DNA from: a virus | Taxonomy: Duplodnaviria > Caudoviricetes | Virus record (IMG/VR): IMGVR_UViG_3300050015_000111 | Location: 1-52,811 of that record | Direction: 5' to 3' (one strand) | DNA: 52,811 nucleotides | Shown here: positions 16,488 through 26,551 of the stretch, piece by piece | Numbering within the stretch: position 1 is the first letter of the stretch | Layout: each line of letters begins with the position of its first letter | Notes under the pieces: generated by a model | Told to the model about the DNA's origin: nothing | Databases searched by the model: none | What the model saw: only the letters and a program-made list of their open reading frames with translations | Translations under genes and position numbers: made by a program

Positions 16488-18502
16488 ATCCTCCCGTCCG
16501 GAGCATATCTATATCGCAGCGCGCCAAGACGATTAAACGTGCCCATATCAGACCACGATGCACCGATTGCCATTTGGCGCCCCCGCGCCCGCAGCGGAAC
16601 AAACGGGGTCGTGGTCGTCACGGCAAACGGGCCAATGGCAGCAGCCGGTTGGTTCGGATATAGCGCCGAGTAAACCGTGTAGTTGATCGCCGGATTTCCA
16701 AGCGTGGTCGAATCCGGGATCAACAGGTCAACGAATACAAAATCCTCGCCTTCCGAAAGATCAAAGTATCCGGTTTGCCAGCCGCCGATCATCGCGGACC
16801 CATTCGCGTCGTAGCCGATTTCGTGCTGTTGGAGCAACCCCGAGTAGTCTGCCCCTACCGGATTACCGATAGGTGACTGCCCAACCCACGCCGTTCGCTG
16901 ATACTGGCTGGACTGGCCGTAATCCCAAACCTGTTCCACGTAGTTGAACTTCAGATAGGCCATGGGGGACGATGGAGAATAAAGCGGAGAGGTTACGGAA
17001 ATGGGGAAATGCCACGCCATTTCATTAAACAGAGAATTTATGGCACAATGAATTTGATCGAGTTGCGCAGTGTCCACGTTGTTGATGAAGAAGTCCCACA
17101 CTGAACACTCGATTGGGGTCACGCCGCCGCCCATCGAATAGGTGAAGAACCCGCGCGTCGATAGCCATATCACAAAGCTACCAGCAATACCAGCCGCACG
17201 TTGCGCAATGATACCGCAGCCCGTGGCGATGCGATTGAACGAGAATACGAACGGTAGCCCTTGGTAAGTCATCGCTGTCACGTCAACATCGGTCCACAGC
17301 AGCGCGCCGAGGCCGACCGCCAGCCCCGCCATCAGTCTGTTGCCAGTAGCCACCTGATAGGAGCCGGCCTGGTTCGTGGCGCTTGCCGTCCAATCCGTGA
17401 AGTCCCCGGCATCGCACCACCGCGCCAGCAACGGCTCCTGAGTGCCGCCGATCTCCGCCCCGATGGCAACAATAATCTGGATTTGTGGCATGACGAAAAT
17501 GGCGGTGCTGTAGAGCGGCGCATTCGGCATCACGACGGCGGGAGATTCAGCGGGGGGAACCCAGTAGTAGATGCCTCCATCCGACGGACTGGCAACGAGA
17601 TACGCCCCCCAATGATCCAGCGACCATTGCCGTAAAGGCTCAATTATCTGACCAGTACCGCCTTCGCCATAATCTCCGGCTCCGTAATCGCCGATGCCAT
17701 ACCCGGCCGTTGCCGTTGCAACTACATACCCGGTTGGCAACAGATATGTTATTTGTGCATTTCCGCCATTCTCAAAGGCCGACGTCGATGCGTTTGCAGT
17801 CGTGTCGGCCGTGATGACAAAGCTATTGGCATCTGTCCACGACGTAATGCTATAGGTTCCGAAAAGCACTATCGTTGCAACTGTCGTGGAGACGTTTACA
17901 TCGAACAAATTACCAGCAGAAAGCCCATGATTTGCCAGTGTAACCGTTACTAACGCACTTCCATTAGTCGTAGTAAACTGCGGAACTGCCCCCCCATTCG
18001 TTACATTTGACGTTGCCGCAGGAAGTCCCCATACCGTATAGTGAGTTCCATCTATTACCTCGACAACCCGGTAATATCCACTGCGTATTGTGCCTCCGAC
18101 GCTTACCTGCGTCTGTATGTTGATCCAATCACCTGCATTTGGACCGTATCCGGAATCCTCGATTTCAACAGATATCGATCCCGCCGTTGTGCTGAATGCT
18201 ACGGCTGGATTTGTCGTCTGCACAACGGGCGTGACGTCGAAAAGCGTACCGCCGATCAGTACCTCAAGACGTTGTTCGGTGCCCACCGCCATATAGGGAT
18301 TGCCAGTTATGTCCGCCCAGCCATGAAGAGCCCGCGCTGTTCCGATGAATGTCTGTGTCGTTAGCGCCCGCCATCCACCCAGCTTTTGGACGAGTCCAGA
18401 ATAGAATCTTATAAGATTGCATGAAGTAAGGTTTGTCTGGTTAAGAGTTGGAGTCCTCTCTAGGTTTACCCCTGGTTGAAGTTGAAGTTTGCGGTATGGC
18501 AC
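16484..18502 (-). CDS. Tail stabilisation/nozzle protein (P22 gp10-like)
   Basis: About 670 aa, beta-rich; 'KLGGW', 'WSLDHWG', 'RWCDAGDFTDW..SATNQAG', 'RARGRQ'; position in the podovirus tail module. Confidence 0.7.
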   Translation of the reverse strand: MPYRKLQLQPGVNLERTPTLNQTNLTSCNLIRFYSGLVQKLGGWRALTTQTFIGTARALHGWADITGNPYMAVGTEQRLEVLIGGTLFDVTPVVQTTNPAVAFSTTAGSISVEIEDSGYGPNAGDWINIQTQVSVGGTIRSGYYRVVEVIDGTHYTVWGLPAATSNVTNGGAVPQFTTTNGSALVTVTLANHGLSAGNLFDVNVSTTVATIVLFGTYSITSWTDANSFVITADTTANASTSAFENGGNAQITYLLPTGYVVATATAGYGIGDYGAGDYGEGGTGQIIEPLRQWSLDHWGAYLVASPSDGGIYYWVPPAESPAVVMPNAPLYSTAIFVMPQIQIIVAIGAEIGGTQEPLLARWCDAGDFTDWTASATNQAGSYQVATGNRLMAGLAVGLGALLWTDVDVTAMTYQGLPFVFSFNRIATGCGIIAQRAAGIAGSFVIWLSTRGFFTYSMGGGVTPIECSVWDFFINNVDTAQLDQIHCAINSLFNEMAWHFPISVTSPLYSPSSPMAYLKFNYVEQVWDYGQSSQYQRTAWVGQSPIGNPVGADYSGLLQQHEIGYDANGSAMIGGWQTGYFDLSEGEDFVFVDLLIPDSTTLGNPAINYTVYSALYPNQPAAAIGPFAVTTTTPFVPLRARGRQMAIGASWSDMGTFNRLGALRYRYAPDGRI

Positions 18503-18503
18503 G

Positions 18504-19538
18504 TCATGCCCCCACAAACATGAGTACGGCCGCCGCCATGCTCGGCTGAATGTTCTGTGAAGTTCCGGTTAACGCAGAGGTGACGGTCGCCGATGCGGTG
18601 ATGTTGGCTGTGCTGGTCGTAATATTGGCATACCCGGTATTGACACTGAAGGAACCGGGGGTCGGCGATCCCTGTGGAAGACTATAATTACCTCCATCCC
18701 CATTATTTATCGGCATCACATGTGTATGCCCAGTGTCCTGGTGCGTATGTCCGCTGTCAGTCGCGGTCACGGCTGCCGACAGCGTATCTTTCTGCGCCAA
18801 CTGACTTCCCCCGATATTCAGCGCAATCGTCGGATCGAAGCCAGTCACGGCTTTCGTCAGCAGCCCCGGACTTGTCGCGCCACCCATGCCATCCAGGCCA
18901 ACCAACACTACATCCTGCGCATTCGGCATATTGTAGGTGGATGAGCCGGTGTACCCCGGCTTCCACGATGCGGCAAGACTCTGCGCGATCACAAAAACCC
19001 AAAACGGATCAGTTTGAGGGCGCGTCTGACCATTACAGAGTCGCCAACCATTCCCCTCAATTCCTAGCGCCGAATATTTCATGTCGCCATACTGCAATCC
19101 GGCCGGTGGAGTTGACGCCCCCACCGCCCCGATCAGAACGACGTTGGTTGCCCCATCCGCTTTATACCAGTAGTATTTTCCGTCTGGAGGAACGGTCGCC
19201 GTCGTGCCGGCGCCTGCCGTCAGGACCACGCTGAAGCCGCCGGTCGTGCTGTTCTGCGCCCAGCCTACCTTCGGCACGTTCGGCAGGTTAACTGTGCAGT
19301 TTCCCGTTAGTGCCCCAGTATAGGACTGTGCGAAAGGCCGTGCCTGATCCGCCGAACCATTGGCGGTTGTGAGCGAGTATGACAACAGGCCGTTGATACT
19401 GACTGTTGCAGTATCGGTTATCGCGGCTTCGAGGAGAACCAGATTTTCATTGAGAATATCCCCCCATGCGTTTTTTACGCTCGGGTCGCCGGGCTGGGGT
19501 TCTGCCAATCTCAGGGATTGTGTGTACGTAGTCGTCAT
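18504..19538 (-). CDS. Tail fibre/needle protein with tail-collar-like domain
   Basis: 'WGDILNEN...LEAAI' N-terminus; 'GWRLCNGQ...TYNMPN' collar; 'HTHQDTGHTH', 'NIQPS'. Confidence 0.7.
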   Translation of the reverse strand: MTTTYTQSLRLAEPQPGDPSVKNAWGDILNENLVLLEAAITDTATVSINGLLSYSLTTANGSADQARPFAQSYTGALTGNCTVNLPNVPKVGWAQNSTTGGFSVVLTAGAGTTATVPPDGKYYWYKADGATNVVLIGAVGASTPPAGLQYGDMKYSALGIEGNGWRLCNGQTRPQTDPFWVFVIAQSLAASWKPGYTGSSTYNMPNAQDVVLVGLDGMGGATSPGLLTKAVTGFDPTIALNIGGSQLAQKDTLSAAVTATDSGHTHQDTGHTHVMPINNGDGGNYSLPQGSPTPGSFSVNTGYANITTSTANITASATVTSALTGTSQNIQPSMAAAVLMFVGA

Positions 19539-19541
19539 TGG

Positions 19542-20249
19542 TTACGTCCTCGGGCCAGCTATCGGGGTCGGGGCCTGGGCCTGCCACCCCTGACCTTGGA
19601 ACTTTTTCCTCGCTTCCTCCACCTGCGCGCTTTGTAGCAGGCGCTTGTATTCGGCGGACCAAGACATTGGCATTTGCGGACTATCCGTCATGGCCCCAAA
19701 ATTATGCGTATACCCGCTCCAATAGATCATCGCTGCTGCCCACGCCAAATCAGGCAAGTTCTGCCATATGAACGTCGTCGGGTTGGCCGCCGACATCGGC
19801 GTTTGCCGTTGGGTGCCATATCCCGAAAGCACATAGGCGGCGTCCGGCGCCGGACCGAGAAGAACCTGAATGCCCGGGGTCCATCCCGTCGAAGCCATCG
19901 CCGAACCTTCGGTGACGAAGTAGAGCGGAGGGCCGTTTGCGGCGCCGGCAAAGACGGTGCGGATGTAATCGGAGCTAGCTGGCGTTACCGGAATATCGTG
20001 CGGACCATAGTAGAGCATTTCCAAAACAACCACCGCGCTCGGAACAGCCTGCGTGTTTACCCCGATAGTGGTGTTTCCTAATTCTATGTCACCATGCAGG
20101 GATAAGAAGTCTAAATCGCGCTGGATGCTCGTCTCAACATAGTCGATTGAGTTCGGAAGCATAACTTGAAAATTACTGTCCGTCACCAGCGATGGTATCT
20201 GCGTCACCACAGCGGCTTGATAGGATGCGTAGGTGAGTCCGGTGCTCAT
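19542..20249 (-). CDS. Head-tail adaptor protein
   Basis: True start MSTGLTYASY at 20249; 'G.P.YF...LGPAPDAAY' adaptor motif. Confidence 0.7.
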   Translation of the reverse strand: MSTGLTYASYQAAVVTQIPSLVTDSNFQVMLPNSIDYVETSIQRDLDFLSLHGDIELGNTTIGVNTQAVPSAVVVLEMLYYGPHDIPVTPASSDYIRTVFAGAANGPPLYFVTEGSAMASTGWTPGIQVLLGPAPDAAYVLSGYGTQRQTPMSAANPTTFIWQNLPDLAWAAAMIYWSGYTHNFGAMTDSPQMPMSWSAEYKRLLQSAQVEEARKKFQGQGWQAQAPTPIAGPRT

Positions 20250-20833
20250 TTTCCCGTTTCCTCCGCCTTCTGCGCCGCCATCTGCTGCTGGGCCAGTGCG
20301 ATCAGTTGCTCGGCCAGCGCCTGCCCCTCCGCGAACTGCCGCCGGCGCCGAAAATCCGCGGAAAATGGCTGGCCGCGAGGCGCGCCACCCAGCCATGCCT
20401 CTCGCCGGCGATAGATGACGCAGCCGTAGGGGGTACCCATCAGTAACAAACCGCGATGATCGGGTGACCGGCGGTTGGGGCCACCGCACTGACGGCGTTG
20501 CTGATCTGCCGCGAAATCCGATACGACTGGCCGGGCAACAGCGGGAGCGAGGTTCACGCTGTAGGTCTGCGTGTCCATGCCGGTCTGGGTGCCGTGGGCG
20601 CGAACTATCACGCCGCCCGAGGAGATCAGTCCCCAGGGCGACGGCAGGCCGATCGTCGCCACCATGCCGCTGAAGGATACCGTCATCGCCTCGGGGGCCG
20701 ACAGGCCTGGACCAGCCCAGGCGGCGGTGCCAAGTGAGGCGAACGTGCCTGATACCAACGCGAAGGCAGGGTTCAATCCACCAGGAGCGCTGGCGTCGAG
20801 AAACTGTGGATCTGAAAACAGTGGATACTTCAT
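20246..20833 (-). pseudogene. Mosaic/relic of fused tail-region gene fragments
   Basis: Plausible N-terminus, then implausible sequence; an alternative frame (20440-20541) reads as a normal protein C-terminus ending in TGATG. Confidence 0.4.
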
Positions 20834-20862
20834 CGCACACTCACAACGCTTTACCGGATCGC

Positions 20863-22743
20863 CTACTTGAACTCGAAGATCAGCATGCCGCCCGGGGAGC
20901 CGTTGGTGCCGTTGGCGCCGCCGGCGCCGTAGCCACCCCAACCCATGCCGGCCCCGGTTATGCCGGGCTGCCCGTTGCTGCCGTTCCCTGACTGGCCCTG
21001 GACGAGCGCCTGCCCGACGCCGCCTGCGCCGCCACCGCCGCCAGGGCCGCTGTCGTCGTCGGGGGCCGGCCCGGCCGACCCGCCACCGCCGCCGGAGACG
21101 GAGGCGAGCGAACCCAACGACGTGCCGCCGCCGGGGCCACCGGCGACGGGGTTGCTATTGGTCCCGCCCGTTCCCCCGGCGCCGATCGTGACGGCCTGGC
21201 CGCTTCCGATCTGCGCCGCGGTCAGGGTGGTGATGCCATACTCACCGCCGCCGCCGGGGGCACCAGGACCGAAGCTGCTGCCGTTGGCCGTCCCGCCACC
21301 ACCGCCCGCGCCACCCCAGAAGTAGACGATGGCGTACTTCAGGCCGCTCATCGGTGTGTACGTGAAGCTGCCGACGGTCCGGAACGCCTGGAGATTCAGC
21401 CCGTTGATGCCGCCCGCGGCGGCGAGGGCCGCCATCGTGGCGACGGTGGCGTTGTTGGTCCCCGGCGCCTGCGTCGTGGCGGTCGTGCCGCTCGGCAGCA
21501 CCAGCGTCCCGGTGGCCGCTTGCGCGCCTCCGGCGGCTCCCGTCCCGGTCAACGGTGCCGTCGTCGCGACGCTCGGCAGGGCGGTGTTGATGTTGGCCGT
21601 GGTCGCGAGCGTGCCGCCGCCGGTTGGCGCCAGCAGCGTGCCGCTGATGGCGCCCGTCACGGGCTGGACCGTCAGCGTGCCGCTTGTCGCGTTGCCGAGC
21701 GTGACGCTGCCCAGCGTGCCGCTTGCGCCGAGCGTCAACGCGCCGAGGTTGACCGACGCGTTGGCCGCGGTGCCGCAGCCCCCGGCGCCGTTGTTGTAGA
21801 GCAGGAGGCCGCTCGTGGCGCCCACCACTGTGCAGCCTCCGCCGCCCCCGCCGCCAAGCGCGTTCGCGACGAAGGCCGTGGAGGCGATCGACCCGTTGTT
21901 GGTCCCCGGCGCCTGTGTCGTAGCGGCGGTGCCGTTTGGAAGCGTGACCGCGCCCGCCAGATTGGTCGCCGTCGTGGCGTTGCCTGAAAGCGAGCCGACC
22001 AAGGCACTCCCGAACGTCGTCGTTCCCGTCACGCTGAGCGTGCCACCGATGGTGGCGTTGCCGGTGACACCCACGTTGCTCAAGGTGGTGTTGCCGGTGA
22101 CACCCAGGCCGTTGGCGATGGTCGCGCCGCCACTCAGGGTGGTCGCTCCGGTGACACCCAGCGTGCCGCCGACCGTGGCGTTGTTGGTGGTAGTGCTGGT
22201 GCCGGCGGTGAGCGTATCGGTGGTCGTGCCGCCGGTGACTGCCGCGCCGCCGTTCAGGCGGCTCAGGCCGGTGACACCCAGCGTGCCGCCGACCGTGGCG
22301 TTGCTCAAGGTGGTGTTGCCGGTGACACCCAGGCCGTTGGCGATGGTCGCGCCGCCACTCAGGGTGGTCGCCCCCGTCACCCCGAGCGTGCCGCCGATGG
22401 TGGCGTTGCCGCTCGTTCCAAGGGACGAAAGCGACGTTGCCCCAGTCGCCGCGAGTGTTCCCCCCACCGTGGCGTTACCCGTCACCCCGAGCGCGCCGCC
22501 GATGGTGGCGTTGCCCGTAACAGTTGCAGACCCAAATGTAGGATTGGCAAACACCGTCGAAAGCGGCGTAATCCCTACCGAGTTAGGGAACAGCGAGGGT
22601 CGCCATGTCAACACATAGTCACTCGGTTGCGAAGACGACATCAAAGGTAGGCACCCAACCGAACCGGCGGGAGATTGCGCCGGGTCACATGCCCAAACGG
22701 ATGCGGGGAACGCCAATGCCGCGAGAATGACAAGGATTTTCAT
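20863..22743 (-). CDS. Gly/Thr-rich tail-fibre-like protein with Sec signal peptide
   Basis: MKILVILAALAFPASVWA; 'GNATIGGTLGVTG' repeats; 'TQAPGTNN..AST.FV'; Gly-rich C-terminal domain ending 'LIFEF'. Confidence 0.7.
   Translation of the reverse strand: MKILVILAALAFPASVWACDPAQSPAGSVGCLPLMSSSQPSDYVLTWRPSLFPNSVGITPLSTVFANPTFGSATVTGNATIGGALGVTGNATVGGTLAATGATSLSSLGTSGNATIGGTLGVTGATTLSGGATIANGLGVTGNTTLSNATVGGTLGVTGLSRLNGGAAVTGGTTTDTLTAGTSTTTNNATVGGTLGVTGATTLSGGATIANGLGVTGNTTLSNVGVTGNATIGGTLSVTGTTTFGSALVGSLSGNATTATNLAGAVTLPNGTAATTQAPGTNNGSIASTAFVANALGGGGGGGCTVVGATSGLLLYNNGAGGCGTAANASVNLGALTLGASGTLGSVTLGNATSGTLTVQPVTGAISGTLLAPTGGGTLATTANINTALPSVATTAPLTGTGAAGGAQAATGTLVLPSGTTATTQAPGTNNATVATMAALAAAGGINGLNLQAFRTVGSFTYTPMSGLKYAIVYFWGGAGGGGGTANGSSFGPGAPGGGGEYGITTLTAAQIGSGQAVTIGAGGTGGTNSNPVAGGPGGGTSLGSLASVSGGGGGSAGPAPDDDSGPGGGGGAGGVGQALVQGQSGNGSNGQPGITGAGMGWGGYGAGGANGTNGSPGGMLIFEFK
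22075..22371. repeat. About 70-bp internal direct duplication in the fibre gene (22075-22145 and 22300-22370)
   Basis: gttgctcaaggtggtgttgccggtgacacccaggccgttggcgatggtcgcgccgccactcagggtggtcgc occurs twice, among shorter repeats. Confidence 0.8.
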
Positions 22744-23360
22744 TGAGTCTGCACCACGATAGTTAGACCAGAGATGGTCGTGAAGTAGGTTATAGCAGAT
22801 TGCGCTGCCAACCCGATAGCCGTGTAGGACGAACCCGGGGCATAGAACACGGTATCCTGCTGAATTGGATCGGCGATACCACCCAGTGCGTTGATGAACA
22901 ATCCGAAGGATGGCGGCATAGCAAAGTCCACGCTCTGCCGTGTCGGATCAGCGGTCAGCAGCGTGCCATACGTGCCCGGCATCGCCATGATCGGGTTGCC
23001 GTAGCCGTCGAGGATCAGGTTCCCGTATCCGTCCCGCAACCACACGGCCGGCGTGCAAGCCGTCGTAGTCACAACGACGGGACGGCTCCCCATGTCGCTC
23101 ATGTCGGGGCGAGGGTCGCGGATCGGCAACGGGTCGGGGGGAACGGCGTATGCCCTCAACTGCTCGCTAGGAACATCTTTACAACGATTACAAACCAAAA
23201 TTCTTAGGTTTTTAAGTTGGTTTCCGCTCCATTGAAACTCCCACTGGAGGGCTGATCTATCGCACCGGAAGCCGCAGCGGTCGCACACCGCCCAGGCGCT
23301 CGGAGCCCTTGGGTTGAGTGTTGCCCTGCCTCGCGCTCCTGAAGGAAAACCCCCCATCAC
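22740..23360 (-). CDS. Conserved phage Zn-ribbon protein with C-terminal extension
   Basis: CDRCGFR...VCNRCKD...DPLPIRDPRPD. Confidence 0.65.
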   Translation of the reverse strand: MMGGFPSGARGRATLNPRAPSAWAVCDRCGFRCDRSALQWEFQWSGNQLKNLRILVCNRCKDVPSEQLRAYAVPPDPLPIRDPRPDMSDMGSRPVVVTTTACTPAVWLRDGYGNLILDGYGNPIMAMPGTYGTLLTADPTRQSVDFAMPPSFGLFINALGGIADPIQQDTVFYAPGSSYTAIGLAAQSAITYFTTISGLTIVVQTQ

Positions 23361-24037
23361 ATTCTCGTATATCGGCCAAGGCCCAGCGAGATATACAGCG
23401 GCACTGACTCGGATTCACTTCCTTGCGCCCGCCCGTACGAAGCCCCGGCCACAGACGAAAGCTGCGCGTAGCGATCCGGCGCATAGGACAGCGCCAGTTG
23501 GGCGGCAAGAGCATCGGCGAAGGGACCAAGCATCCGGTAGGGCAGCGAGGTGGCAGATGCGCCGGACGTTGCCGCGTCCTGGTCCCGATACACCCCATAG
23601 TAGTGCAGGACATACGAGGCATTGCCGTCCGGCGTCGGATAGAGGGAAACCACCACTGGCTCGGTGCGATCGGCCCAGAAGACGGTCGGGGGCGCTTGAT
23701 GCGCCTTGTTGGGGTAGCTGGCAAATTCCGAGCGCGATACCGGGTAGATGATCCGGTCGGTGCTGGTGCCCGCGTAGGTGACGGTCAGGTAGCAGTCCAG
23801 GACCAGCAGCAGGTTGGCCGGCAGCACGTAAGATGCCGTGCCCTGAACGATCGACACGCTGGCGAGTTGGACCTGCCACAACTGAGGTTGATCCACTGAC
23901 CACCCGGAGAATACCAAGTTCGCCGCCATCGCCACGTCGGCCAGGTGCCCGACTGTGATCTCAGGGCGGCGGACACCAACGCGCCCCAGCGCAAAAGCGC
24001 CGAGGCTACCGAGGTCTGGATTCCAATTGGTTGTCAC
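23357..24037 (-). CDS. Head-closure/adaptor protein
   Basis: 'QGTASYVLP', 'SRSEFASYPNK..Q..PT.FW', 'LYPTPD'. Confidence 0.7.
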   Translation of the reverse strand: MTTNWNPDLGSLGAFALGRVGVRRPEITVGHLADVAMAANLVFSGWSVDQPQLWQVQLASVSIVQGTASYVLPANLLLVLDCYLTVTYAGTSTDRIIYPVSRSEFASYPNKAHQAPPTVFWADRTEPVVVSLYPTPDGNASYVLHYYGVYRDQDAATSGASATSLPYRMLGPFADALAAQLALSYAPDRYAQLSSVAGASYGRAQGSESESVPLYISLGLGRYTRM

Positions 24038-24074
24038 CGGGCGCCGACTCCTTGTGGTGCGGCGAGCAGCACCC

Positions 24075-24422
24075 CTACCTTGAACTTTGCCCCTGAAGGA
24101 CCGCGAAGCGCGCGTTGCCGCCGGATAGCGCAGATACTACCACACGCAACCCTCGGATGGGAAACGAGTAATAGCCGCCAGCCGAAACCGTCGTGGTGCC
24201 CCCAAGCGTCAAGTCTGGCAGCCAGATCGGTGTCCAGGCCGCGCTGCCGTAGTGGTCGATCTGCTGATTCACGTCATCCAGCGTGTAGGACATCGTGTAG
24301 GTAGCCGACGTGCCGGCGGCGAGTTCCACGGCATAGGACAAGTTGAACGGCGACTGAATCCAGTCCGGGTAGAAGGCGAAGGTGCCGGTAGCCGTGATGA
24401 GCGTGTAGGACGGTTTTGCCAC
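24075..24422 (-). CDS. Small beta-rich structural protein
   Basis: 'YTMSYTLDD...FPIRGLRV'; located in the head module. Confidence 0.65.
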   Translation of the reverse strand: MAKPSYTLITATGTFAFYPDWIQSPFNLSYAVELAAGTSATYTMSYTLDDVNQQIDHYGSAAWTPIWLPDLTLGGTTTVSAGGYYSFPIRGLRVVVSALSGGNARFAVLQGQSSR

Positions 24423-24809
24423 CTAGCCCTCCTTTATGCCCGGAAACTTGGCATGGACCTTCCGGCGCACTTCATATTTCTCCGCGGCGGTTCCGTGCTG
24501 GGCCACGCGGGCGAGGGCATTTCTGCCGTGTTTTTCGTCGGGAATCGGGTATGACCCCGAACCCTTTCCTTCTGGCCCATTGCCGTGCCCTGGCAACGCA
24601 AAGTCCCTGCCGGGCAGTTCACGGCGATCCTCGGCGGTCAAGCGGCCTCCGATCTTCCGTTCCGGTCCCGTCAGTGGCTCATGAGAGCCATAGTCTGGCG
24701 GAGGAAGGTGCCCCGGCCGATTGACGCTGCCCCCGCGGGCGCGGCCTTCCACGGCGTCAAGACGCCGCTTCTTGGCCGCCTCTACGAGATGGAGCGCCGG
24801 GTGCGTCAC
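24423..24809 (-). CDS. Basic virion-module protein with RARGG motif
   Basis: 'LTAEDRRELP..DFALPG...YPIPDEKHGRNALARV'. Confidence 0.65.
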   Translation of the reverse strand: MTHPALHLVEAAKKRRLDAVEGRARGGSVNRPGHLPPPDYGSHEPLTGPERKIGGRLTAEDRRELPGRDFALPGHGNGPEGKGSGSYPIPDEKHGRNALARVAQHGTAAEKYEVRRKVHAKFPGIKEG

Positions 24810-25165
24810 GGCACTGCCGGCGGCACAGTCGGCGGAGCCGGATACGGTTCCACCAGCGGCCCAGAAGCCGGCAGGGGGGCCACATAAGGCACATACGGTG
24901 GCGCTACATACGGAGCCGGCTCAGGCACCACAGCCTTCGCCGGCACGCTCGCCAGGTCCTGCATCGCCTTCAGGAGCACGGTCGAGGTGATCGTCACCTC
25001 GGCCTCGTTGAAGAGCTTCTGCATACCGCGGCTCACGAGGTTGTCGCTGGTCGTGATGATGTTCCACCGGCTCTTCGCCGCAACACACTCATCCAACATC
25101 CATGCTGCCACGTCGGCGACGACATCCTTGGAAACTGAGTCCCACGTCACCACGGGGTCAGTCAT
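24806..25165 (-). CDS. Hypothetical protein with Pro-rich tail
   Basis: Coupled ORF in the structural operon. Confidence 0.55.
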   Translation of the reverse strand: MTDPVVTWDSVSKDVVADVAAWMLDECVAAKSRWNIITTSDNLVSRGMQKLFNEAEVTITSTVLLKAMQDLASVPAKAVVPEPAPYVAPPYVPYVAPLPASGPLVEPYPAPPTVPPAVP

Positions 25166-25532
25166 CTTCACGATCCTCCTTGTCGCCGCGGCTCATGCCT
25201 TCGACTGGCTCCAAGTGTGCAGCCGAACTCATCGGATGGCTGTCGGCGCCGACGCTGCCACCGGATTTGCGACCAGGACGGTTCTCGTGATGCTTCGGGG
25301 CGTGGCCGGCAACCATGGTCGGCATCTTGCCCTTGTGCATGATGGCGCCACCGCGCTTGCGGCGCTCGGCTTCCTTCTCGGTCTCGGACCCGACGCCGGA
25401 GTACACCTCTTCCTTGGGGGCCTTCTCTTCGATCTCGCCGCCCTTGGCGCGGACCTTGCCTCCCCGCTTGCGCTCTTCCTCGATCTTGCCGCCGCGCTTC
25501 CGCTCTTCGGCGTCGTGACGTTCTCTGCTCAT
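25158..25532 (-). CDS. Highly charged protein with five xxxGG motifs
   Basis: RKRGG x3, RAKGG, RKSGG. Confidence 0.65.
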   Translation of the reverse strand: MSRERHDAEERKRGGKIEEERKRGGKVRAKGGEIEEKAPKEEVYSGVGSETEKEAERRKRGGAIMHKGKMPTMVAGHAPKHHENRPGRKSGGSVGADSHPMSSAAHLEPVEGMSRGDKEDREDD

Positions 25533-25552
25533 CGTCCTATTCCTTTACTGTC

Positions 25553-26551
25553 TCAGAGGACCAGCGAGATGCCGCCGCCAGGAGCGGAAACAGCACTCAT
25601 GTTCATGTAGACGCTATTGCTCGGGGTCGTCTCCCAAGCCGTGATGCCGAACGCCGTGCAGCAATCAAGCAACACACCGCCTCCGGCCGCCGCGTTGACG
25701 TTAAGTGCCTGAGCCATCGCCGAACCCGCCGACTTGATCGAACTCAGGAAGATGCTGTCCCGAATCACGCACTCGCGATCGATGCCGCTGGCGCCGATCA
25801 GGATATGGCTGGAAGCCGTCCCGCTACCGCCAAGATCGGCTTGGAACGAGCAGTTGTCGAACAGCATCCGAGGTGCGCCGCCCTTGATCTCCAGCGTGTA
25901 GTTGGTGGCGTTACGAACGGTGGTGTTGGTGCCAAATACGCAGTGATCGAAGGTCGATTCACCGACGTTGTTGTTGAACACGAACGCCCGGGCTCCGGTC
26001 AGGTTGGCCGTGCCGGTCGTGGTGGTGGTGTCACCGAAGCCCAGGAACTCGCAGTTAACGTAGTTGTTTCGGCCGCCATCGTCTTCCCAGTTGATGAGCG
26101 CCCCGGCTGTGTTGCTGAACCCGTAGAACGCCTGGAGGTTGGCGAACAGGCAGCCCGAAGCCGTCACGCTGACCAGCTTGTTGAAGCCGGCGGTTCCGGC
26201 CAGAGTGGTAAGTGGCGCGAGGCGCGCTCGCTTGCCATAGAACGAGCCGTTGCACAGGCCGATGAGGTGGGTCTGTCTCTTCGACCACACCAGCGTCGCA
26301 CCCTGGTAGCAAGAACCGGCACCAGAAGTCGCGCCGCCGCCCTGAAACAGCACCACGTCGTCATTGTCGGCAACTGCCTGCGCGTGCGCCTGCGCGAGCG
26401 TAGCGAACGGCGAGTCAGCCGTGCCGGCGTTGCCGTCCGACCCGAAGACCGGATCAACGAACCAGTAGTTCCCTGTAAAAACAGGCAGGCCACCCATCCC
26501 CATGGTGGGGACGCCGTTGACCTCCAAGCCGCTCAGATGGGAAATACCCAT
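25553..26551 (-). CDS. Right-handed beta-helix structural protein (head fibre/spike candidate)
   Basis: 'WFVDPVFGSDGNAGTADSPFATLAQA' pectin-lyase-like start; Asn/Cys ladder. Confidence 0.7.
   Translation of the reverse strand: MGISHLSGLEVNGVPTMGMGGLPVFTGNYWFVDPVFGSDGNAGTADSPFATLAQAHAQAVADNDDVVLFQGGGATSGAGSCYQGATLVWSKRQTHLIGLCNGSFYGKRARLAPLTTLAGTAGFNKLVSVTASGCLFANLQAFYGFSNTAGALINWEDDGGRNNYVNCEFLGFGDTTTTTGTANLTGARAFVFNNNVGESTFDHCVFGTNTTVRNATNYTLEIKGGAPRMLFDNCSFQADLGGSGTASSHILIGASGIDRECVIRDSIFLSSIKSAGSAMAQALNVNAAAGGGVLLDCCTAFGITAWETTPSNSVYMNMSAVSAPGGGISLVL

Noticed and set aside
20250-20840. N-terminal 196-aa extension of the 432-aa ORF 19542..20840
   Set aside because: Arg/Pro-rich off-frame sequence; the real adaptor start is the ATG at 20249 overlapping the upstream stop.
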